The position numbers and the translations under genes were made by a program. Under the pieces are notes generated by a model. That model saw only the letters and a program-made list of their open reading frames with translations, ran no database searches and was not told the DNA's origin. This document shows, piece by piece, positions 1 to 8,091 of a stretch of DNA of 32,000 bases. The first letter of the stretch is position 1, and each line of letters starts with the position of its first letter. Origin of the DNA: an uncultured Clostridiaceae bacterium (GTDB taxonomy: Bacteria > Bacillota > Clostridia > TANB77 > CAG-465); the NCBI GenBank assembly GCA_964465775.1, contig CAYXLQ010000003.1:7315-39314 (forward strand), written 5' to 3'.

Positions 1-305
1 CTTCTTTACCTGATTTAGATAAATAAGTGGCCTTACGTTTTTGGTTAGTATATATATTTAAACTTGCAATGCTAGGATCTATGCTTATTCCATTTAACCC
101 TTTTACCAAAAATAATCCATATCCTGATATTCTTGCGTACATATTATCTGTGTTTTTATCTATGTAAATTCCCATAGACCCTATAGGTAGATCTACTCTT
201 GTAGCAGAAGCTCCTATAATCCTATAAATTACATTATTTGAATTTCTAAAGTATACTCTTCTTTACCAACTGAATAAAACCCATAAAAGTATCCATTCCA
301 TCCTT
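1..305 (-). pseudogene. Out-of-frame 3' continuation of the 306..1295 gene (two further frame segments, runs off the window edge)
   Basis: After the TAG at 306-308 the minus strand stays protein-like in two other frames. One segment reads LYKKIEGNKIIPIEGWNGYFYGFYSVGKEEYTLE (about 232-335). The next reads NSNNVIYRIIGASATRVDLPIGSMGIYIDKNTDNMYARISGYGLFLVKGLNGISIDPS... (1 to about 250). Both share the Tyr/Gly-rich composition of the upstream ORF. The first break coincides with a T7 (sense A7) run at 333-339. Confidence 0.45.
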
Positions 306-1295
306 CTATTGGTATGATTTTGTTTCCTTCAATTTTTTTATATAATACCCCTCATAATCCGAATACCCGTGAGCGTATAAGTTACCCATGTCGTCTATAG
401 TTATACCAATATCATTATAATTATATCCTACATTAAATAATTCTTGTACCTCGATACCATTAAACCTATATAATGCTGAATATCCATTATTATAACTATA
501 TTTACTAATATATAAATTTCCATCTTTATAACTATATCTGCCATATGAATATCCTTGTCCATCAAGAATTTGGGTAACAGATAAGTTATCTATTATTAAT
601 GTTCCAGCATTTTCATCTTGAAATAATGTAATACCATTATATTCGATAAAACTCGGATAGTACGCATATGTCGGCAATTCTATCTTTGTAGCCGTTGCCC
701 CAGTTAGTTTAAATAACTCTCCAGTACCATAACCAAAATAAACTTCATTTTTACTAGTTTCATACACATTTGTATCCCATGCATAATAATTATTAAGATT
801 GAGTTTTGTAACGGTTGAACCATCATAATAGTAAAATTCATGATTATACGTATAATTGTCTTCAATAGAAAAATAAAAGGTTCCATCCCTTAAGTAGTAA
901 ATACCATACAGATATTCTGTTGCCATAATGCTTAACCCTGGTACTTCTATCATTTCTAACTCCATATCTTCTGGTGATTCTTGTGTTTTTTCGGACACAA
1001 ATGGGTATGGTTTTTTAATATAATATATATTCCTTGTTTTTTCTTCTATTATATATACATCATCTTCTGTTTCTCCGTATCCCTTAGTACCCTTGGGAAC
1101 TCCATAATTATTCACTAGCTTTTCCATATCTAAAATATAATATTTATATATAGATATATCATCATTTAGGTCTCCTCTTATAGTTGCTTTTAAATCATTG
1201 TCCATATTACTTATAGGATATTCACCAGAGGTATAGTTTTCAATGTTATCATAATCATAATTTTTTGCTACACCTATCATCATCTTGTATTCCAT
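306..1295 (-). CDS. Hypothetical Tyr/Gly/Asn-rich repeat protein (beta-repeat-like), apparently interrupted at its 3' end
   Basis: 329-aa ORF with recurrent YY/GY/NGxxxY patterns. I recognise no catalytic motif. No strong RBS precedes the ATG at 1295. The reading frame continues in shifted frames downstream (see 1..305). Confidence 0.55.
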   Translation of the reverse strand: MEYKMMIGVAKNYDYDNIENYTSGEYPISNMDNDLKATIRGDLNDDISIYKYYILDMEKLVNNYGVPKGTKGYGETEDDVYIIEEKTRNIYYIKKPYPFVSEKTQESPEDMELEMIEVPGLSIMATEYLYGIYYLRDGTFYFSIEDNYTYNHEFYYYDGSTVTKLNLNNYYAWDTNVYETSKNEVYFGYGTGELFKLTGATATKIELPTYAYYPSFIEYNGITLFQDENAGTLIIDNLSVTQILDGQGYSYGRYSYKDGNLYISKYSYNNGYSALYRFNGIEVQELFNVGYNYNDIGITIDDMGNLYAHGYSDYEGYYIKKLKETKSYQ

Positions 1296-1357
1296 AGCTT
1301 CACTTATTGCTTTTACTTCATTTATTAATACAGTTTTATCTGTTTCTTCTTGTATTT

Positions 1358-2152
1358 TTATTTTATATCAAAAAAACTCATACTGTTTTTATATACTTCT
1401 TTTGCTAATCCTTCAGGGTCCACCTGTTTTATTTCTGCAACTTTTTCTATAACAAAGTTTATATATTTAGATTCATTTCTTTTTCCTCTATGTGGTACTG
1501 GAGTGAGATATGGAGCATCAGTCTCAAAAAGTATTTGATTGATAGGTATTCTCTTTATAATTTCAATACTTTTCTCATTTCTATTATATGTAATATTCCC
1601 ACCTATGCCTATCATATATTTTCTTTCTATTATAAGTTTGGCTAATAGTTCTGATGGTTGAAAACAATGGAAAGCTATCTTACTGTCTTTATATTTTTCA
1701 CTTTTAATAATATTATACATATCTTCAGTTGCATCCCTGCAATGAATTACAATTGGCTTTTTATATTTTTGCGCTATCACTAATTGCTTATTAAACAATT
1801 CTTTTTGTTCTTCTTTATTTTCCTTAGTATAATAATAATCTAAACCTATTTCTCCAATCGCCACAAATTTTTTATCTTCTGCCTTTTCTTCTATAATCTT
1901 TTCTAATTCTTCCATATCTTTTTTTGTTACATTTGATGCAGTTTCAGGATGAAATCCAATAGTATAATATATATTGTCGTATTGTTCAGAAAGTTTGATT
2001 GATTTTTTAGAACTAGCAATATCAAAAGATGCATTAACTATCTTGTCTACTCCCTCTTCAAAGCATGCTTTTATTACTTCATCTAAATCTTCTTTATACC
2101 TTTCATCATCATAGTGTGCGTGTGTATCAAATATTCTATATTTGTTTTTCAT
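1358..2152 (-). CDS. tatD: TatD-family metal-dependent hydrolase/DNase (YabD type)
   Basis: Carries FDTHAHYDDERY near the N-terminus, plus GEIGLDYYY, VIHCRDA and ETDAPYLTPVPHRGKRNES. This is the classic TatD metal-ligand pattern. An AAGGTGA RBS lies upstream. Confidence 0.9.
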   Translation of the reverse strand: MKNKYRIFDTHAHYDDERYKEDLDEVIKACFEEGVDKIVNASFDIASSKKSIKLSEQYDNIYYTIGFHPETASNVTKKDMEELEKIIEEKAEDKKFVAIGEIGLDYYYTKENKEEQKELFNKQLVIAQKYKKPIVIHCRDATEDMYNIIKSEKYKDSKIAFHCFQPSELLAKLIIERKYMIGIGGNITYNRNEKSIEIIKRIPINQILFETDAPYLTPVPHRGKRNESKYINFVIEKVAEIKQVDPEGLAKEVYKNSMSFFDIK

Positions 2153-2241
2153 TTTTTCACCTTATTTTTTCTGTAGGAAGCGTAATAATCACTTCTGTAC
2201 CCTTACCTTGTTCACTTTTTATATCAATAGTTCCATCATTT

Positions 2242-3555
2242 TTATCTATAATTTCTTTTACAATTGATAATCCGCAGGCCGGTCCCCCCCATGTCTCTCG
2301 TTCTAGCCTTATCTACCCTGTAGAATCTTTCAAATATTCTGTCCAAATCTTTCTTCGGTATACCTATTCCATTATCAACTACTTTTATATACGCTTTTCC
2401 TGGTATACTACCAATATAAATTATGATTTCTCCTCCATCTTTAGTGTATTTTATACTATTACTAACAATGTTTATAATTACCTGTTCAATAGAATCTTTA
2501 TCTGCATAAATTGGTGGCGGAACCATATTTACAATACATTTAAGCATATGGCTTTTTTGTTCTGCAACAAAACTTAGCTTCTCAACTATTTCTTTTGCTA
2601 AATCATCTAAATTAAATCTAGCTGCATTAAATTTATTCATTTTATAGTCAAACCTAGAAAGTTTTAACAAATCTGCAACTAGCCTATCCATTCTGTTTGC
2701 TTCATTATTTATTACTTTAATAAATCTTTCTTTGTCACTGTCTGATAATCCACCTTCTAAAATAGTTTCTGAATATCCTTTAATAGATGTTAGCGGGGTT
2801 TTTAATTCATGTGATACGTTCGCTACAAATTCTTTTCTCATATCCTCTAATTTTATAGCTTCTGTAATGTTTTTTACTATCATTATTACTCCCATAGGCA
2901 TTAGCTTCTCACTATGATACGGCACAAACACCATGTTAATTTCATTTTCATTAACCTTTATTTGTTGCTCCATTCTTTTATAATTAGGCAAATACATTAT
3001 TTTTTCAAAATTTATTCTAATTCCTATTTTTTTCATTACCTTATCATAGGTATCTTCTTTTTCTGTCAATCCCAGCAACCTTATAGCTGCCTTATTTATA
3101 TGTATAACTTGCTTGTTTACAGAATATGCTACTACTCCGTCTGCCATATGCTCAAGGATAATTTCAGTTTTACTTTCTTGACTATCTAAATAAAAGTTTT
3201 TCTTTGTCATCATTTCTATCATTTCGTTAAAGGTTTCTACAAATTCTTTTATCTCGCTTGTTTTTATTTCTTCAATTAATGCCTTTTTACTAATTTTATT
3301 AACTTTACCTGCAATTAAATTTTGCATTGTTTTTTGCATTCTTTTCATAGGATGTGATACATTCCTTGATATCATTGACGATATAATAAGGCTTCCTAAA
3401 AGCAACACACCAATTGTTAAAACAATTAGTGTGTCAAAAGCAAATTCCGGTTTTCCTGTGTGCCTATATGACACTAAAAACATAGTAATTAATGATGATA
3501 TCAAAACTAGTGATGTTGTTAGCATTACAATGTTCCTCTTCATTGACTTAAACAT
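2242..3555 (-). CDS. Sensor histidine kinase, WalK/PhoR-like (2 TM, HAMP, PAS, HisKA, HATPase_c); 3' end frameshifted, true stop probably at 2157-2159
   Basis: It has two N-terminal TM helices, a PAS-like LEHMADGVVAY segment and the H-box FVANVSHELKTPLTSIKGYSETIL. N and G boxes are present (IVSNSIKYT, VVDNGIGIP, GGTGL). The ORF then ends abnormally as GGTGLRIINCKRNYR*. The next frame reads GLSIVKEIIDKNDGTIDIKSEQGKGTEVIITLPTEKIR*, the canonical kinase C-terminus. Confidence 0.9.
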   Translation of the reverse strand: MFKSMKRNIVMLTTSLVLISSLITMFLVSYRHTGKPEFAFDTLIVLTIGVLLLGSLIISSMISRNVSHPMKRMQKTMQNLIAGKVNKISKKALIEEIKTSEIKEFVETFNEMIEMMTKKNFYLDSQESKTEIILEHMADGVVAYSVNKQVIHINKAAIRLLGLTEKEDTYDKVMKKIGIRINFEKIMYLPNYKRMEQQIKVNENEINMVFVPYHSEKLMPMGVIMIVKNITEAIKLEDMRKEFVANVSHELKTPLTSIKGYSETILEGGLSDSDKERFIKVINNEANRMDRLVADLLKLSRFDYKMNKFNAARFNLDDLAKEIVEKLSFVAEQKSHMLKCIVNMVPPPIYADKDSIEQVIINIVSNSIKYTKDGGEIIIYIGSIPGKAYIKVVDNGIGIPKKDLDRIFERFYRVDKARTRDMGGTGLRIINCKRNYR

Positions 3556-4234
3556 AATACCCTATTCCTCTTTTTGTTATTATATATTTAGGATCTGCTG
3601 TATTTTCTTCTATTTTTTCACGTATTCTTCTTATTGTTACGTCTACAGATCTTAGGTCCCCATAATAATCATAGCCCCATACATTTTTTAATATTTGTTC
3701 TCTAGTGAATACTTGTCCTGCATGTGTTGCAAGAAGCTTTAATACTTCAAATTCTTTCATTGTAAGGTCAATAATAACGCCTTTTTTAATTACAACATAT
3801 TTTTCAGAATCAAGAACTATATCCTTTATTTTTATATTTATAGAATCTTCTATATTTTCTTCCTCTTGAACTGTATGTTTTCTAAGGTTTGCTTTTATTC
3901 TAGCTATCAACTCTCTTATGCTAAATGGCTTTGTCATATAGTCGTCTGCCCCAAGCTCAAGCCCAATAATCTTATCAACAACTTCTTCCTTTGCTGTAAG
4001 CATTATAACTGGACAAGATAACTTTTGCCTTATTTTCCTGCAAACGGTAAATCCATCCATTTTTGGTAGCATAACATCTAAGATTATTAAATCCGGTTTG
4101 GTTTCTAAGGCTAACTTAACTGCTTGCTCACCATCATAAGCTTCTACAGTTTTGTACCCCTCTTTTTCAAGGTTAAACTTTAATATGTCTACGATGGGTT
4201 TTTCATCATCAACAATTAATATTTTTTTATCCAT
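3548..4234 (-). CDS. OmpR-family response regulator, WalR/PhoP-like
   Basis: MDKKILIVDDEKPIVDILKFNLEKEGY...LDVMLPKMDGF...MLTAKEEVVDKIIGLELGADDYMTKPFS closely parallels Bacillus WalR/PhoP. The C-terminus is a winged helix (TIRRIREKIE...ITKRGIGY). It overlaps the kinase gene by 8 nt. A GAGGTG RBS is present. Confidence 0.93.
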   Translation of the reverse strand: MDKKILIVDDEKPIVDILKFNLEKEGYKTVEAYDGEQAVKLALETKPDLIILDVMLPKMDGFTVCRKIRQKLSCPVIMLTAKEEVVDKIIGLELGADDYMTKPFSIRELIARIKANLRKHTVQEEENIEDSINIKIKDIVLDSEKYVVIKKGVIIDLTMKEFEVLKLLATHAGQVFTREQILKNVWGYDYYGDLRSVDVTIRRIREKIEENTADPKYIITKRGIGYYV

Positions 4235-4264
4235 ATGACACCTCTTTTATATCAATTTGTATTA

Positions 4265-4273
4265 ATTATATCA
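4265..4273 (-). promoter_or_regulatory. Candidate extended -10 (TGaTATAAT on the minus strand) for the response-regulator/kinase operon
   Basis: The reverse complement of 4265-4273 reads TGATATAAT, about 30 nt upstream of the RBS. The -35 is weak (TAGTCA-like). Confidence 0.4.
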
Positions 4274-4310
4274 TAAAAATATAATTTGACTATACTTTTT
4301 GTATAAAACT

Positions 4311-4377
4311 TGTAATTTATATGTAACAAACTCAATAACTTGTCATAATAACATTATATATGTAACAATAATGTTAC
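4311..4377 (+). promoter_or_regulatory. Two hexamer-N5-hexamer direct-repeat boxes matching the WalR consensus TGTWAH-N5-TGTWAH
   Basis: Box 1 is TGTAAT-ttata-TGTAAC at 4311-4327. Box 2 is TGTAAC-aataa-TGTTAC at 4361-4377. Box 2 is also the core of a perfect 11-bp-stem palindrome (4355-4380). Both lie between the murD stop and the candidate promoter of the WalR/PhoP-like regulator. Confidence 0.4.
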
Positions 4378-4385
4378 ATATATCA

Positions 4386-5750
4386 TCATTTGGTATATGT
4401 TTCAACATATTCCTTAAACTTTTGTCCTCTTTCTTCAAAATTTTTGAAAAAGCCATAACTTGCTGAAGCAGGTGATAATATACAAGTTTTCCCTTTTCGC
4501 GTAACTTCAACTCCTTTTTTTACAGCCCTTTCTAAATCTTCTTCATAATACACATTAAACTTATCATTTTTTTTATTTATCTTTTCATATATTTTTTTTC
4601 CACTATCATACATTAAGATAACTTCCTCAATTTTACCGCTATTTATAAATTCTATAAGGTTATCATAATTAATACCCCTATCCATACCACCTATAAGTAC
4701 AGTCTGTGCATCCTTAACTGAATTTATTGCACTAATAGTAGCTTCAGGCACTGTTGAAATAGAATCATTCACATATTTTACACCTTTATATGTTCCTATG
4801 TTTTCAAGTCTATTATTAAGTCCTTTAAAAGTTTCTATTCCATTTACTATGCTCTCATCATCTATATCAATTAGTTTGCATACTGTTGCTGCAATCATAA
4901 TATTAAACCTATTATGTTTTCCTTCAAGATTTATTTTTTCAACATTGTACTTTAATGATCCTTTTTTGATAACTAAATTATAGTTAATCTCTCCATCTGT
5001 TTCTGTAACATTTACTTCATTATCAAATATATTATTGCTTACTCCTATTAAATTGCAATTAGGATTTCCTTTTACCAATATATCTTTTAAATCATAATTA
5101 TATATTAAATAGTCATTCATGTTACTATTTAAATAAATATTCTGCTTTGCTTTAACATAATCATCATAAGAAGAATAATAATCTAAGTGTTCTTCAAAAA
5201 CGTTTAATAAAACCGCTATATGCGGAGAGACATCAACAGATTGTATTTGGTGAGATGATAACTCATATACATAATAATCCGCATCTGCGTCATCTAAAAT
5301 ATCAAATACAGGTATTCCAATATTCCCGACAAGTTTCGTATCTAATTTAGCTTCATTTAGTATATGGTGTACCAGAGAAGTTGTTGTACTTTTCCCAACT
5401 GTACCTGTAACACCAATAGTCTTATTTTTATAATATTTTAAAAACAATTCTGTTTGAGACGTGATTTTGTGCTTGAAAGCTTCTATATTAATATCTTTTA
5501 GAGGGATTCCCGGAGATTTTATAACTATTTCAGCTTCGCTCATTATATCTAAATAGTTATCTCCTGTATATACTTTTGCCCCTTCCTTCTCTAACACTTC
5601 CTGTTCATATATAGTGTTTTTATCAGCAATTATAACTTCTGAAACTTGTACGTTGTTTTTTATAAATTCATACGTACTTCTTCCCTCTTTTCCAAAACCT
5701 AATATTAGTATTTTTCTTTCTTTTAACTCAGATATTATTCCCTGTTTCAT
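4386..5750 (-). CDS. murD: MurD-type Mur ligase (UDP-N-acetylmuramoyl-L-alanine--glutamate ligase)
   Basis: The N-terminal Rossmann-like segment KILILGFGKEGRSTYEF is typical of MurD. The P-loop is GVTGTVGKSTTTSL. The central and C-terminal Mur ligase domains end in ILSPASASYGFFKNFEERG. Confidence 0.85.
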   Translation of the reverse strand: MKQGIISELKERKILILGFGKEGRSTYEFIKNNVQVSEVIIADKNTIYEQEVLEKEGAKVYTGDNYLDIMSEAEIVIKSPGIPLKDINIEAFKHKITSQTELFLKYYKNKTIGVTGTVGKSTTTSLVHHILNEAKLDTKLVGNIGIPVFDILDDADADYYVYELSSHQIQSVDVSPHIAVLLNVFEEHLDYYSSYDDYVKAKQNIYLNSNMNDYLIYNYDLKDILVKGNPNCNLIGVSNNIFDNEVNVTETDGEINYNLVIKKGSLKYNVEKINLEGKHNRFNIMIAATVCKLIDIDDESIVNGIETFKGLNNRLENIGTYKGVKYVNDSISTVPEATISAINSVKDAQTVLIGGMDRGINYDNLIEFINSGKIEEVILMYDSGKKIYEKINKKNDKFNVYYEEDLERAVKKGVEVTRKGKTCILSPASASYGFFKNFEERGQKFKEYVETYTK

Positions 5751-5752
5751 AT

Positions 5753-7126
5753 TTAACCCCCAATATATTCTTTAATAATTTTAATATACTTTTCAGGTAT
5801 GAATATATCATTATCCCATGATGCATTAGCTTGCTTAATTTCTAAATTTATATCATTTTCTATTTTTCCATAATTCTGTAGTAACAATGGGACTTTTTTG
5901 TCTTTTTTTATGCAATCAGTTATTATCTTTTTAACTGCTAAATTTATTTCTTCTTTTGTCCCTACGCATTCAAATGGTTTATTGTCATCAGGATAAACTA
6001 ATCCATTAAAAAGTTTCCTGTGCTTTTCTTCATTTAACATCTCTGATTTAAATATAATTTTCATCTCTTTATCTGTCAAAAATGCTTTCATCATTATATA
6101 TACGTATAGACATTTAGGACAATTTTCACACCAAACATCTTCTTTTGATCCTACATTACAACTCTTGAACACAGGAAAGAATTCTTTTAACTTAGAAAAA
6201 GAATTTACAATTTGCCATTCACTTAAAGGCCTTAATATACTAAAATATTCCGGTCCATTATTACATATATAGTTTTCTATATATTCCTTAAAATCTTTTT
6301 CAAATTCTATACTTTTAGAATACTGATGATTTATATTTGTACCCTTAACATTTCCTTCATTAGCACTTGATTCATTTGATAAAATTATATATCTCTTATT
6401 TAGCATCACTGCTGTAATATATGATGAGAAAGCTAAAACAGCGGAAAAAGGCGTGTGACCATTTAGAAATCCTTGCGCATTTAGCTCTAAAAGTTTCTTG
6501 TCCAAAAACCTTTTTGCTTCATAAACCCCTGTTTCTTCATATCCAGATACTTTTGCGCTTTCTTTTGTAGCTCCTCTTGCATTCACAATATAACAAACAT
6601 TGTCTTTTTTGAAATCCTTTAATAAATCTAAAGTTACAAGAGAATCTTTTCCTCCGCCTATAGGTATTAGATTTCCTTTTATAACGTTATCCATTATAAC
6701 CTTTTCATACTTATAATTACTTTTCACTTTTATATCCATAAACGTGTCAATATTCATTGCTTCTAACAAATTATTTACGTAAAAAAATTCTCCTAAGCCA
6801 TTTATATATAGTTTTTTCCACCATTTAATTTGTGATTCATCTATATATCCAGCTCTAACTTTAAATACTTTTGGACATACACATTTAAAATAACTTACTG
6901 CTTCTACCATGCCCAAGTTGAATACTAAGTTTTCTATTAATTTTTCATTACCTTCATTAATAGTAAAACCTTGTGGTTTTCTAAATATCCATTTTGGTGT
7001 AAAAACAGTAAGTCCTACTATTTCAAAATTATATATTATTTCTATTTCATTTTCTTTTTCTTTTATTTCAAAGGAGTTATAAATAAATTCACTATATTGG
7101 TTTCTAAGGCTTAAGTATTTTTCCAT
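5753..7126 (-). CDS. PP-loop (SGGxDS-type) ATP-utilising protein, translationally packed between recR and murD; candidate MurL-type glutamate epimerase
   Basis: 457-aa ORF with LIPIGGGKDSLVTLDLL, a PP-loop motif of the adenine nucleotide alpha-hydrolase superfamily, and a Cys cluster (CNVGSKEDVWCENCPKC). Only 2-nt gaps separate it from recR upstream and murD downstream. The function is inferred, not recognised directly. Confidence 0.55.
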   Translation of the reverse strand: MEKYLSLRNQYSEFIYNSFEIKEKENEIEIIYNFEIVGLTVFTPKWIFRKPQGFTINEGNEKLIENLVFNLGMVEAVSYFKCVCPKVFKVRAGYIDESQIKWWKKLYINGLGEFFYVNNLLEAMNIDTFMDIKVKSNYKYEKVIMDNVIKGNLIPIGGGKDSLVTLDLLKDFKKDNVCYIVNARGATKESAKVSGYEETGVYEAKRFLDKKLLELNAQGFLNGHTPFSAVLAFSSYITAVMLNKRYIILSNESSANEGNVKGTNINHQYSKSIEFEKDFKEYIENYICNNGPEYFSILRPLSEWQIVNSFSKLKEFFPVFKSCNVGSKEDVWCENCPKCLYVYIMMKAFLTDKEMKIIFKSEMLNEEKHRKLFNGLVYPDDNKPFECVGTKEEINLAVKKIITDCIKKDKKVPLLLQNYGKIENDINLEIKQANASWDNDIFIPEKYIKIIKEYIGG

Positions 7127-7128
7127 AA

Positions 7129-7722
7129 TTACATTTCCCTTCTACCTTCCAAGGCTTTAATTAAAGTTATCTCGTCAGTATACTCTATATCCCCGCCAAC
7201 TGGTATGCCATGTGCAATCCTTGTAACAATTATTCCTAAAGACTTTAACAATCTTGAAATATACATTGCTGTTGCTTCTCCTTCAATAGTTGGATTAGTT
7301 GCAATTATTACTTCTTTTACCTTTCCATTAGATAACCTTTTAATTAATTCTTTTATTTTAATATCCTCAGCAGATATATTGTTCATTGGAGAAATTGCCC
7401 CGTGTAACACATGATATTTGCCTTTAAATTCATGTGTTTTTTCCATTGCTATAACATCTTTAACATTTTCTACTACACAAATAATTTCCTCATTCCTTTT
7501 TTGATTTGAGCAAATTGAACATGGATCTAAATCTGTAAGGTTATAACAAACAGAGCAAAACTTTACTTTACTCTTTGCTTCAATCAATGTTTCCGCCATA
7601 TTTTTTGCAAGTGTTTCATCTGATTCTAAAACATGGAAGGCTAAACGTACAGCTGTTTTATGTCCTATTCCCGGAAACTTTTCAAATTCTTTTATTAATT
7701 TTTGTATAGTTTCTGAATACAT
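7129..7722 (-). CDS. recR: Recombination protein RecR
   Basis: HhH N-terminus ([15 protein letters not shown]), C4 zinc finger ([16 protein letters not shown]) and a Toprim segment ([10 protein letters not shown]...[12 protein letters not shown]). Confidence 0.95.
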   Translation of the reverse strand: MYSETIQKLIKEFEKFPGIGHKTAVRLAFHVLESDETLAKNMAETLIEAKSKVKFCSVCYNLTDLDPCSICSNQKRNEEIICVVENVKDVIAMEKTHEFKGKYHVLHGAISPMNNISAEDIKIKELIKRLSNGKVKEVIIATNPTIEGEATAMYISRLLKSLGIIVTRIAHGIPVGGDIEYTDEITLIKALEGRREM

Positions 7723-7732
7723 CTATTTTCTC

Positions 7733-8062
7733 CTACATTAATCCTGGGATATTAAAGTCTCCTAATCCATCCTGCATCATTGAGTCTGCTTTATTTAATG
7801 CTTCGTTAACTGCAGTAAGTATTAAATCTTGCAACATTTCGATATCATCATCATTCACTACTTCTTTATCAATTATTATTTCCTTTATTTTTTTATCTCC
7901 TGTTGCTTTAACTATAACTGCTCCTCCACCTGCAGATGTTTCAATTTCTTTTGAAGAAACGTCTGCTTGTTTTTTTTGCATTTCTGCTTGCATTTTTTGA
8001 GCTTGCTTCATTAGGTTTTGCATATTCATTCCACCACCTGGGAATCCTCCAAATTTAGCCAT
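7733..8062 (-). CDS. ybaB: Nucleoid-associated protein YbaB/EbfC
   Basis: 109 aa with [20 protein letters not shown]...SAGGGAV.V...G...I..I.ID and a conserved position between dnaX and recR. Confidence 0.93.
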   Translation of the reverse strand: MAKFGGFPGGGMNMQNLMKQAQKMQAEMQKKQADVSSKEIETSAGGGAVIVKATGDKKIKEIIIDKEVVNDDDIEMLQDLILTAVNEALNKADSMMQDGLGDFNIPGLM

Positions 8063-8091
8063 TTTAAATCATCCTTTCTATTTTATATTTT

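Noticed and set aside
2065-2577. 170-aa plus-strand ORF overlapping the tatD and kinase genes. Similar antisense ORFs lie at 2732-2917, 2914-3189, 3431-3655, 4798-4983, 7205-7414, 8276-8533, 9107-9637, 9900-10154, 11065-11613, 12078-12717, 13644-13958, 16099-16323, 19609-19818, 21570-22137, 23261-23548, 24623-24805, 25585-25866, 30031-30300 and 31052-31249.
   Set aside because: All lie antisense to, or nested in, ORFs with clear family motifs. They have low-complexity Phe/Ile/Leu/Ser-rich translations typical of shadow frames in AT-rich DNA, and they lack RBSs.
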